From Chlamydiota bacterium (GTDB lineage: Bacteria; Auribacterota; JACPWU01), in assembly GCA_016196885.1 (NCBI GenBank), contig JACPWU010000046.1, positions 35,285 to 67,284 of the forward strand: DNA of 32,000 nucleotides. Direction: 5' to 3'. Position numbers and translations under genes: made by a program. Each line of letters opens with the position of its first letter. The stretch's first letter is position 1. Positions 9,744-18,300 of this stretch are shown piece by piece. The notes beneath the pieces were generated by a model. It ran no database searches and was not told the DNA's origin. It saw only the letters and a program-made list of their open reading frames with translations.

Positions 9744-10394
9744 ATCGTCCATCGTCCATCGTTTTTTCCTCTGCCTCACATACTCGACCGCGCCCGGCAG
9801 AATGGAGATGACAATGATGGCCAGAATCACCAGCGTGAAATTATGCTTCACATAGGAAAGATTTCCGAAAAAATATCCGCCTAAAATGAAGGCAAAAATC
9901 CAGGCAAGGCCTCCAAGGAGGTTATAACTGAGGAAACGCGTGTAACTCATTTTTCCAATCCCAGCGACAAAAGGAGCAAAGGTTCGGACAATCGGGACAA
10001 ATCGGGCCAAAATAATGGTTTTAGCCCCATACTTTTCATAGAAAGAATGCGTGCGATCTAAATATTCTTTTTTCAGGAAACGGCTTTTTTCTTGATGGAA
10101 TACCTTGGGCCCCACGATGGCGCCTATCCAATAATTAAGCGTATCCCCTGCCACTGCAGCAAAAGACAAAATCAAAAGCAAAATTTCAACTTTTAAAGAA
10201 CCTTGTGCTGCAAAAGCCCCCGCGGCAAAAAGTAAAGAATCTCCCGGAAGAATGGGTGTGACCACCAAACCGGTTTCACAAAACACAATCAAAAATAAAA
10301 TTAAATATGTCCACAAACCACAATTCTGAATCATCACACTCAAGTGCTGATCCAAATGGAGAAAAAAATCAATACCCTGATGAAGCCAACTCAT
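9726..10394 (-). CDS. DedA-family inner-membrane protein
   Basis: FCETGLVVTPILPGDSLLFAAG DedA signature about 40 aa after MSWLHQ, plus multiple hydrophobic helices. Start set at ATG 10394; the track extension to 10616 runs through an intergenic hairpin element. Confidence 0.8.
   Translation of the reverse strand: MSWLHQGIDFFLHLDQHLSVMIQNCGLWTYLILFLIVFCETGLVVTPILPGDSLLFAAGAFAAQGSLKVEILLLILSFAAVAGDTLNYWIGAIVGPKVFHQEKSRFLKKEYLDRTHSFYEKYGAKTIILARFVPIVRTFAPFVAGIGKMSYTRFLSYNLLGGLAWIFAFILGGYFFGNLSYVKHNFTLVILAIIVISILPGAVEYVRQRKKRWTMDDGRGTT
9731..9761. repeat. Tandem heptamers TCGTCCC TCGTCCA TCGTCCA TCGTCCA at the 3' end of dedA
   Basis: Read directly. Translated on the minus strand as the C-terminal tail ..WTMDDGRGTT of the DedA ORF. 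Confidence 0.9.
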
Positions 10395-10592
10395 GCCCCC
10401 CCCGAACAAAAAGGAATCAAAAATGTTAAAATCTGGATTCAAAAAATCTTTATCCGATTGGCTAAATGTACTGAAAATCAAAAACCATTTCAATTCTTTT
10501 CCTTCCCGCATTCTTCCCAAACACGGACATTCAACAAAATAGGAAAAAAGTGGATGATGGATGTTGGATTCCTCCCCCTCGTTGAAGCTTGT

Positions 10593-10653
10593 GTAGTCGC
10601 CCGATTCATCGGGCAATCCGTGTGCAAGGCTGCCCCATAAATGGGGCGACTAC
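10593..10653. repeat. Composite hairpin element GTAGTCGCCCGATTCATCGGGC ... GCCCCATAAATGGGGCGACTAC
   Basis: Two small hairpins (GCCCGA..TCGGGC and GCCCCAT..ATGGGGC) bracketed by GTAGTCGCC/GGCGACTAC, read directly. It lies in the 340-nt spacer between the reductase stop and the dedA start. Confidence 0.7.
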
Positions 10654-10734
10654 AACATGAGCCTCACTTTCATAGCAAGGAGAGGTGAGGGGAGGCGAGA
10701 GAAAGGGATTAGAAGCTAAGTGAACAGTATGGGG

Positions 10735-12615
10735 CTAGGCGGAACACTCGCCCTTTTTAGCTTCAAGGCGGTAATCCTGATCCGAGCCCCAATCCTTGTA
10801 TATTTCAGGGGCCTCGTCTGGAGGGGGAACAAGTGCGAAGGGATTTAATTCGTTTCGAACTTTTTCGAAACCTATTCTCTCAAAAAAACTCTGCAGACTT
10901 TCATCTGAATTTCTATGTCCAAGATAGAACCTTAAAAGATGGGTCACCGCCTCAGGAACTTTTCTCGCCGGGACTGACAGAATATTTTTTGCAAATTGGG
11001 CCCTGCCTTTTTCTGTAAATCCCCCCGTCATGATCTGATAATGGGGAACCACCCGTCCATGGAGAGTCCGAGACGCTCCGTGAAATCCTAAATCTGCAAT
11101 GGAGTGCTGACTGCAGCCATGGGGACATCCGGAAACCTTAAGTCGAAGTTTAAATATCTCAGAATCATGGCTCAAGCCATTGCTAAAAATTTTTCCGAGT
11201 TCTACCGCCAATCCCCTCGAGCGAGTAATGGCCGAAATGCAGCTATCAGCACCCGCACAACGGGTAATATCCATCACATGTTCTGCACAACAATCAGCAA
11301 GATCCGCTGATTTCAACTCACGGTAAAGAAAGGGAAGATCATCCTGATGAACCCATCGCAAGAGAAGATTTTGTGTAATGGTTGTTCTCACCCGTCCTTC
11401 GCAAAACCGGCGGGATATCTCAGCGATTCTTCTCAATTGAGAGCCCGTAATATCTCCCAGAAAACAGCGTATAAAAACAGAACGAAATTCTGCCTGTTTT
11501 TGGGAAAGGGTGTTATGGTGCTCCCATCTTTCGAATTCAGAATTTTTGAGAAAGGCGTCTTTTTTGAAAAACCCCGATTCAACCCAGATTTTGCAATAGA
11601 CGCGTGAACCGAGACGCAAGAGCTTGAGCCAGATTGGCCTGAAGAAAACGGAGGCATGCAAAAATTTGCCTGTCGAGTATTTCTGAAGGTCAAGTGCCCC
11701 AAGATCTTGCGTCGAATTCCGCGGCCTATTGCAAATTCTGGGTTCAACCCTCTTTGGCGCTTCTTCAATCTTTTCAAGGAGATCCGTCCCCCCTTTTTGG
11801 AAGAGAATTTCTTGCCGGACAGATTGAACCGCCTCCTTAAAACGTTCGATCCCCCAGTCCTTGATCAAAAACTTCAGCCTTGAGCGATCCTTGTTTTGGC
11901 GGCTTCCATGCTGGTTAAACACCGCAAGAATAGCCTGAAAGGTGATAAGCAAGAACTCCGCCGGTGTGAAATTTTCAAGGAGCTGGGCCTCCCGCGGTGC
12001 TCCCCCCAGCCCCCCTCCTACATATACTTCAAAACCACGGATCGCACCCCTCATAACCGCAAAAACGCCAATGTCATGAATCATGGCATGAATATGATCC
12101 GCAGGACATCCTTCAAAGGCAATTTTGATTTTTCTGGGAAGACCCTGCGTCAGGGGATTTCTTAAAAAATATTTGCTTACTGCTTGCGCATAAGGCGTAA
12201 CATCAAAGAGCTCATCCCGAGCAATACCTGAAAATGGACAGGTCGTAACATTTCGGACGCCATTTCCGCCCGTTTCACGCGAGGTAAGATCCACATCCGC
12301 CAAAGAACGCAAAACCTTCATCAAATGATCTTCACTGATCCCATAAAGTTCCAGACCTTGGCGAGTGGTCAAATGAACCCCCTTAATGGCACTATACTCT
12401 TCAGACAAATCCGCGACCCGCTCCATTTGAAGAGGTGAAAGCATCCCCTGAGGGATTTTGATCCTAATCATATATTTGTCAGAGGTCCCGCGGTAGGAAT
12501 AAACACCCTGCCAAACCCTGACCTTTCGAAATTCTTCAAAATCCAGGCGGCCCTCCATAAAATGGTTGAACGAAATCTCGAACCGATCCAGTTCCGCTTG
12601 TGAAGTATTCTTCAT
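10735..12615 (-). CDS. Siroheme/[4Fe-4S] sulfite or nitrite reductase (ferredoxin-dependent NirA/Sir family)
   Basis: 626 aa with duplicated nitrite/sulfite-reductase half-domains. Cysteine cluster CAGADSC ... SGCPHGCSQH (Cx5C...Cx3C) and TTRQGLELYGI / TTITQNLLLRWV repeats. Substrate not assignable from sequence alone. Confidence 0.8.
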   Translation of the reverse strand: MKNTSQAELDRFEISFNHFMEGRLDFEEFRKVRVWQGVYSYRGTSDKYMIRIKIPQGMLSPLQMERVADLSEEYSAIKGVHLTTRQGLELYGISEDHLMKVLRSLADVDLTSRETGGNGVRNVTTCPFSGIARDELFDVTPYAQAVSKYFLRNPLTQGLPRKIKIAFEGCPADHIHAMIHDIGVFAVMRGAIRGFEVYVGGGLGGAPREAQLLENFTPAEFLLITFQAILAVFNQHGSRQNKDRSRLKFLIKDWGIERFKEAVQSVRQEILFQKGGTDLLEKIEEAPKRVEPRICNRPRNSTQDLGALDLQKYSTGKFLHASVFFRPIWLKLLRLGSRVYCKIWVESGFFKKDAFLKNSEFERWEHHNTLSQKQAEFRSVFIRCFLGDITGSQLRRIAEISRRFCEGRVRTTITQNLLLRWVHQDDLPFLYRELKSADLADCCAEHVMDITRCAGADSCISAITRSRGLAVELGKIFSNGLSHDSEIFKLRLKVSGCPHGCSQHSIADLGFHGASRTLHGRVVPHYQIMTGGFTEKGRAQFAKNILSVPARKVPEAVTHLLRFYLGHRNSDESLQSFFERIGFEKVRNELNPFALVPPPDEAPEIYKDWGSDQDYRLEAKKGECSA

Positions 12616-12796
12616 TCTCCAGAATCCCTTTTTCTCACTGTTAAACCCTTACAGGTTTCGTTCAAACGGAGCAATCGTATCTGTTATCTTTCATTAATCT
12701 ATGATGTAAGTCATGAAAATGGATAAAATTTAATGCGGGATCTTTCTCAACATCAATACTTCAACGCTGTTCGTCGCATCATTTCACGACGGCGTC

Positions 12797-12980
12797 TAGC
12801 CCGCATTTCTCATCACATTTCTGCTGCGAGCGCCGATTCCGCCTCGTCTCTCCGTGCAGACTCGGTCGGCCACGCTCAACATACTGTAAAGTATGCCTCG
12901 CATGGCCTCGGTCGTCTTCCTCGCATCCAAAGCGGACTCAGGCGTTCCTCGCGACGAAATCTGATGAGAAATGCGGGCTA
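12797..12980. repeat. 184-nt imperfect palindrome with 19-bp perfect termini (6S-like sRNA or MITE-like element)
   Basis: TAGCCCGCATTTCTCATCA (12797-12815) is the exact reverse complement of 12962-12980. Hand folding gives a long closing stem, an unpaired pyrimidine-rich internal loop on both arms (about 12843-12858 and 12915-12931) and a terminal stem-loop (loop 12885-12890). Confidence 0.75.
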
Positions 12981-13068
12981 ATCGTCTCTTGAGTCACGGC
13001 TTCTTCGGGAAGGATTTGTCTTAATTGGGTAAGAGCGTCACGGTCCATACCGGTACCCGAATTTCTTT

Positions 13069-15231
13069 TTATTGAACTTGGATAGAAACTTTTGAACAAG
13101 CCCCGCTTTCATCATTGACACGGATATCGTGAAATCCCACTCTGGGTGTCCAGAATAGAGATTCTTCCGAATGGGCCTTTCCGATAAACGTTCCATCCAC
13201 AAACCACCATCGCCAAGAGTGAGGTTCTCCCCCATTTGATTTGAGCGTTATTTTTTGATGCGCTAGAGATGCGTGATCATCTATGTAGAATTCCTGATTG
13301 TGCGCAATAGAAGCAATGACCAGACTTCTCTCCCCTTTTTCTAATTCTAAAGATTTTGTTTTTTCATCCGGCACTGAGGGCCATTCTTGAATTTTAGGAT
13401 GAAGGTTGTTTAGCAATCGAAGCGCAAGAGGCGCAGCCAAAGTCTGACCAACCAATTCGTGAGATCCCTTTCCGGAGGTATTTCCCAGCCATACCACAAG
13501 GGTAAATTGAGGTGTGACCACGGCACACCAAGCATCTTTATGATCACTGCTGGTTCCCGTTTTCCAGGCTGGATGAAAGAGAGCGGCTTCAGGACATATT
13601 CTTTCTGTTCTCTTTGAATCGCTTAAAACATTCAGAACTTGCCAGCAGGCTTTGGAAGAAAGAATAGATTTTTTTTCAAGGGCGAATAAGTCGCGCTTAT
13701 AACCCCTCCTACTCCCCTCAAGATTTTCTAGTCCCTGTGGGATTAAAAAAAAGGGGAGAGTCTCCCCTCTTAGTGTAAGAGGGGTTGGGGGAGTTACATC
13801 ATTTTTAGATTCCTTTGAAGTGTGTATAAACTTTACTGGAACATGAAAGCCCCCTCGCCCCAGAGTCGCATAAGCCTCTGCCATTTCAAGAATGGATGCC
13901 TCTGCCCCACCAATAGCCAAAGACAATCCATATTTTTCAGGAGCCTGAGACAATTTTTTAAAGCCTGCTCCCTCCAGGATACCCAGGACACGAGGGATTC
14001 CCACTTTAGACAACAACATCATCGCAGGGATGTTCCGGCTCTCTCGCAAAGCCTCTCCTGCAGTGATAGGACCTCGAAACATTTCATCATAATTCTGAGG
14101 CGTATAACCTGTCCAAGCAATGGGCTGGTCTTTCAAAAGCGTGCTGGGCGTACACAAGCCCATTTCAAAACTCGCAGCATAGATAAAGGGTTTAAGCGTT
14201 GAACCTGTGGAGTAAGAGCGTCTAGACAAATCCAAAACATTTTTCTCTTTTGTGAGGCTGATCGAGGCAAGACATTCTGCCGTTTGAGTATTTAAAAGGA
14301 CAATCGCCAACGTATTAATATCAGGCGAATGAACCTGGTTGAATACCTCTCTCGCTGTCAGAGTGAGTTGCTCTTGAAAATTTGAATCCAATGTTGTCGT
14401 GATTTTCCCTTGCCGAAACCATTCCTTTAAAGTCAGCAAAAAAGGAAGCGCTGAGTCATGAGCTGCATGGGGCAAGGAATGCCACACCGCTTGAACGGGT
14501 TCGGATAACGCCCTTTGATATTCTTTTTCTGAAATCATTTTTTGATTCCACATTTTGAGAAGCACATGATTGCGCCTCTTGAAGGCACGCTCTGGAAACA
14601 AATCCGGACGATAACGGTTCGGACTTTGGGGTAGACCCGCCAAAAGAGCTGCTTGGTTTAAGGAAAGATCGCGGCAGGAAAGATCAAAATACCTCCAACT
14701 CGCTGCGCCAACACCCATAAGGTTTCCGCCCATGGGACAGCGATTTAAATACTCGAGAAGAATTTCTTTTTTACTCATCTTTTTTTCTAACTGATAAGCC
14801 CGAATGGCTTCGATCCATTTAGACTTAAAGGTTCGAGATTTAGGATGACGAAGATGCTCGACTTGCATGGTGAGAGTACTGGCGCCTCGAACAATTTTTA
14901 AAGCTTTCACATCCTGCCAAAGGGCTGCTGCAACGCCCAGCCAGTCAACGCCTGAATGCCCATAAAAACGACGATCTTCAATCGCCACAATCGCTTGATA
15001 AAGATAGGGACTTATTTCTTTTTCTTTTAAGGGGAAATACCATTCGTCATTTTCTGAAACAAAGGCAGCCAGCGCTTTTCCATGAGCATCTTCAATCCAC
15101 AAGCTAGGAGGAGGTGCAACATGAGGAGGAAGTGGCACATAAGCAACAGCCAGAAGAAAAGAAAAATAGCCTGATAATAAAAGGCTCGTTATGGATGTTA
15201 AAAAAATAATCAGTCGATGATAATGTTTCAT
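13069..15231 (-). CDS. pbpC: Penicillin-binding protein 1C (bifunctional glycosyltransferase/transpeptidase)
   Basis: 720 aa. N-terminal signal anchor, GT51 motif EDRRFYGHSGVD, transpeptidase motifs STLK (SxxK), SRN and KTGTS, a C-terminal PBP1C-type beta domain, and adjacency to an alpha-2-macroglobulin gene as in E. coli yfhM-pbpC. Confidence 0.88.
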   Translation of the reverse strand: MKHYHRLIIFLTSITSLLLSGYFSFLLAVAYVPLPPHVAPPPSLWIEDAHGKALAAFVSENDEWYFPLKEKEISPYLYQAIVAIEDRRFYGHSGVDWLGVAAALWQDVKALKIVRGASTLTMQVEHLRHPKSRTFKSKWIEAIRAYQLEKKMSKKEILLEYLNRCPMGGNLMGVGAASWRYFDLSCRDLSLNQAALLAGLPQSPNRYRPDLFPERAFKRRNHVLLKMWNQKMISEKEYQRALSEPVQAVWHSLPHAAHDSALPFLLTLKEWFRQGKITTTLDSNFQEQLTLTAREVFNQVHSPDINTLAIVLLNTQTAECLASISLTKEKNVLDLSRRSYSTGSTLKPFIYAASFEMGLCTPSTLLKDQPIAWTGYTPQNYDEMFRGPITAGEALRESRNIPAMMLLSKVGIPRVLGILEGAGFKKLSQAPEKYGLSLAIGGAEASILEMAEAYATLGRGGFHVPVKFIHTSKESKNDVTPPTPLTLRGETLPFFLIPQGLENLEGSRRGYKRDLFALEKKSILSSKACWQVLNVLSDSKRTERICPEAALFHPAWKTGTSSDHKDAWCAVVTPQFTLVVWLGNTSGKGSHELVGQTLAAPLALRLLNNLHPKIQEWPSVPDEKTKSLELEKGERSLVIASIAHNQEFYIDDHASLAHQKITLKSNGGEPHSWRWWFVDGTFIGKAHSEESLFWTPRVGFHDIRVNDESGACSKVSIQVQ
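13701..13795. repeat. GC-rich palindromic element lying inside the pbpC reading frame
   Basis: AACCCCTCCTACTCCCCTCA ... CCCCTCTTAGTGTAAGAGGGGTTGGGGGAGTT. It contains the hairpin CCCCTCTTA/TAAGAGGGG and an A8 run, and resembles the elements at 15251 and 17056. It is translated as ..TPPTPLTLRGETLPFFLIPQGLENLEGSRRG.. Boundaries are approximate. Confidence 0.65.
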
Positions 15232-15250
15232 ATTTTAAAGAAGCAATAGC

Positions 15251-15332
15251 ATTCCCCTCCCTTGATGGGAGGGGTAGGGGAGGGTGAGTTCAAATTCCCC
15301 CTCCCTAACCCTCCCCACAAGGGGGAGGGAAT
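15251..15332. repeat. GC-rich palindromic element, intergenic copy (a2m-pbpC spacer)
   Basis: ATTCCCCTCCCTTGATGGGAGGGGTAGGGGAGGGTGAGTTCAAATTCCCCCTCCCTAACCCTCCCCACAAGGGGGAGGGAAT. The termini are near-inverted repeats with internal CCCCTCCC/GGGAGGGG hairpins. Confidence 0.85.
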
Positions 15333-15345
15333 TAATATAGATTTC

Positions 15346-18300
15346 TCAATTCTTCGAAGAAATCGTCAGCGTCTCTCCTGCCCCAAAAAGACTGTTGATC
15401 GAAATGTCATACATACACTGCGCTCGAACAGGGGGAATCGTGAAGGTTCCAGGGGTAATCGCCCTTACAAGATACGTGTAGGTTGCCCGGCCTTTGGACA
15501 TTTTTCCATAAAGAACCAGACGATCATCTCGAATATCTACTCGACTGTCGACAAAAGCAGAAACTGCGTCAGGATTTGACAGCTGAGCTGTTGTATTGAA
15601 TCTGGGGTTTTCAATCTCGAACCCGGCTGGTAGAAGATCTTCAATCACAAGATTGTCATAAGTAATCGTCGTTTCCAAATCGAGCTCTACCTGAATCAAG
15701 TCTCCGCTCTTGATCTCGTTCATAGATAAAGGCTTTCCGTTTTGATCCAGGTATTTTCTGCGAATGGAAATCCCATGATCCTCATTTTTGGGAGCTTCTT
15801 TGGATACACCTGTTACTGTCCATGAAATATATCCTTTTGCCTGTTCAGACCCTTGAATTTTCACAAGAAAATTTTTTCCGATCACGTCTTGATTTAAAGA
15901 AGTCCAGGAAAGAGCCTCTCCTCCTTTTGTCTCTAGGATTTTTTCAGAATCAGACCCTAGCTCGCAAGAGGCAAAAGGCTCACCCATATCCACTTTTTCT
16001 AAATATTGTCCCAGCGCCATCAGAGCAAAGGCATAGTCCTGGGTACTCCCCCATTTTTTATCATCCCCTGCTTGTGCAATTTCCTGAATCAGTTTTGGAA
16101 TGGCCGCATTCTCTGGGTCTAATTCCATCAAGGCTTGAGCCAAAATAGACTGGTCACGAATTGGAGATCCAATGTTGCCTTCAAGCTCTCGACTCTGCCG
16201 AGGCCGAGCGAAATCCTGAGGAATGAGATCCATCGCAAGATCGCGGCGCCCCGCGTAAAACCAGGCCAAGGCCAGGTAAAAGCGCGTGGAAGGATAAATC
16301 TCATGTTCTGATACAACAGGATTTTTGAGCAACTCTTCGAGACGAGTCATGATGGAACGTTCTGGTTTTCCAGCCTTGGCCAAGACAAAACAGGCATAAG
16401 CCTGAATTTCTAAAGTATCGGGATTGTCACTTGTTTCCTTCATTAACTTTTGCAAATAAAGAAAAAGCCTGTCCCGAAAATCTAGTGGGATCTCATAACC
16501 TAAACTTTCAGCCTCCACCAGAAAATGTGCTGCGTAAACACTGGCCCAAGGCCATATCTCACGGTACCCTGGCCACATTGCGATCCCGCCATCAAGCGTT
16601 TGCATGCCAATGAGTCGCGTAATCGTGGTATCTACTCTTTGAGTTACATATTTTTTCTCGAATAAATCCGGAAAAAATTTCTCCCCCACTTTTGTAAGCC
16701 CTATCAGAGGGAAAGCCGTACTGAGGGTCTGCTCTGCGCATCCATGCGGATATTCATTGAGATAATTCAGGGCGTTCACAATGTTAAACGTCGAAAAAGG
16801 GAAAACGCGTATATTAAGCTGCGCCGTTTGGGAAACCCATTTTTCAGGAATTTTGATTTCCATGGGATGACCCGGCGTCACAGTCGCATCACTTCCAACA
16901 GATGTGATGGGGTAAGGGGGACGCACAGGTAACTCTAATTCTTGCGTGTATTTTTCTCCATTTAACTCAGCTTCAATGTAAAGATGCGCCGTTCCCATTG
17001 CTTCACCTGCTTCTAAAGGAATGGACAAAGTGACTTGCCCTCCATTTTCCATCAATATTCCCCTCCCTAGATGGGAGGGGTTAGGGGAGGGTGGATTCAA
17101 ATCTCCCCCCTCCCTAACCCTCCCCATGGTTTCCGTCTCTCGACTCCAACCACTCTCTCGTCCACCCGCAAGCGGGTACCCGGACTCGGTCGCAAGGGGG
17201 AGGGAACTTTTCGAATTCTTCTCTGAAGAGTTTGTGAAACGAAGCACTGCTTTTTCATCTTTCAACTCAATAGAAAGATTTGCACTTCCCTTTTGCCCCG
17301 TATGATTGAAAAGGGTGATGGGCATTTCAAAATGATCTTTCATGGCTACAAATCGGGGAAGAGTTGTCTGAAACATCAGAGGGGATCTCACAATCATAGG
17401 CTGGTCCATGGCTCCGAAAAGATTGCCTGCATGAGCAATCACCATCACCCGCAGGCTTCCTGAAAACTCTGGAAGGCTAAAATGGGCGACGACTTTTCCT
17501 TTTGAATTGGAATGAAGAATTTTAGAAACTAAAGCAACATTTTGGATTCGCTGGGGAGAAACCGGTGACAAATGTCTTGGATTATATCCGCTGCCGTCTC
17601 CACCGACCGCACTTTTTGGATTTAAAGCAGGAATTTCAGGAAAAAGCTCGCTGTAAAGGTCCGACCCTGAAACTCCCAGTCCTCTGGTTTGATGAAAAAA
17701 CTCAAAAGGATCCGGCGTCGAAAAATCCGTTAATTGCAAAATTCCCTCATCCACCAAAGCCAATGTCACAGAGGCATTGCAAACGGGCTCACCTGTTGGA
17801 TTTCTCACTTCGACCGCTATCCTCACCTTTGTTTTTGGGCGTGCTTCCTTCGGGCCATCTACCTTAAGCAAAAGTTTTTCATCCTCATTCTCCACACGCA
17901 ATCGGGTCACGCCAAAGGCCCGATGCATTTTCCAAGGGGCATCAGACTTCACAGGCTGAATCACTGTGGCCGACACATAAGCATTCGGACGAAACTCTTC
18001 AGTCATATCGATAGGAACCGTTACATACGACTCCGTCATCTCTTGCACTTGATGAAAAATCACATGATCCGTTTCGAGGGTCAAAAGCAATGTCCCCGGA
18101 AAAGGACTGCGAATTACGACTTCTGTCTTCTCCCCAACACGCACAGGAGAAATTTTGATTTTAAGTTCATCCGGTCTTTCTCGGCTGATAGAGTCTTCCC
18201 ATCCTTCTCCCTCACTGACGTAAAATGACTCTGATGTCAGGGTTCCCATTTTGGGATCTCTGATAGAGACAACATACGATCCCCCGCCCGAAGGTGTGAC

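Noticed and set aside
9581-9745. N-terminal 55-aa extension of the hom ORF (track start 9745)
   Set aside because: The extension is translated from heptamer and hairpin repeat DNA and overlaps the dedA 3' end. The homoserine dehydrogenase NAD-binding motif begins right after the TTG at 9580, which has a GGAGG at 6 nt.
10395-10616. N-terminal 74-aa extension of the dedA ORF
   Set aside because: It starts inside the 10593-10653 hairpin element and has no DedA-like sequence. MSWLHQ at 10394 gives the usual ~40-residue lead before the ETG..PGD motif.
12733-12981. 82-aa plus-strand ORF (MRDLSQHQYF...RRSSRRNLMRNAG)
   Set aside because: It is Arg/Ser-rich and reads straight along one arm, across the loop and back through the other arm of the 184-nt palindrome. 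It is an artefact of the repeat, not a gene.
15262-15579. 105-aa plus-strand ORF beginning MMGGVGEGEFKFPLPNPPHKGEGI
   Set aside because: It starts inside the GC-rich palindromic element and continues antisense to the a2m 3' end, with typical repeat-derived spurious translation.
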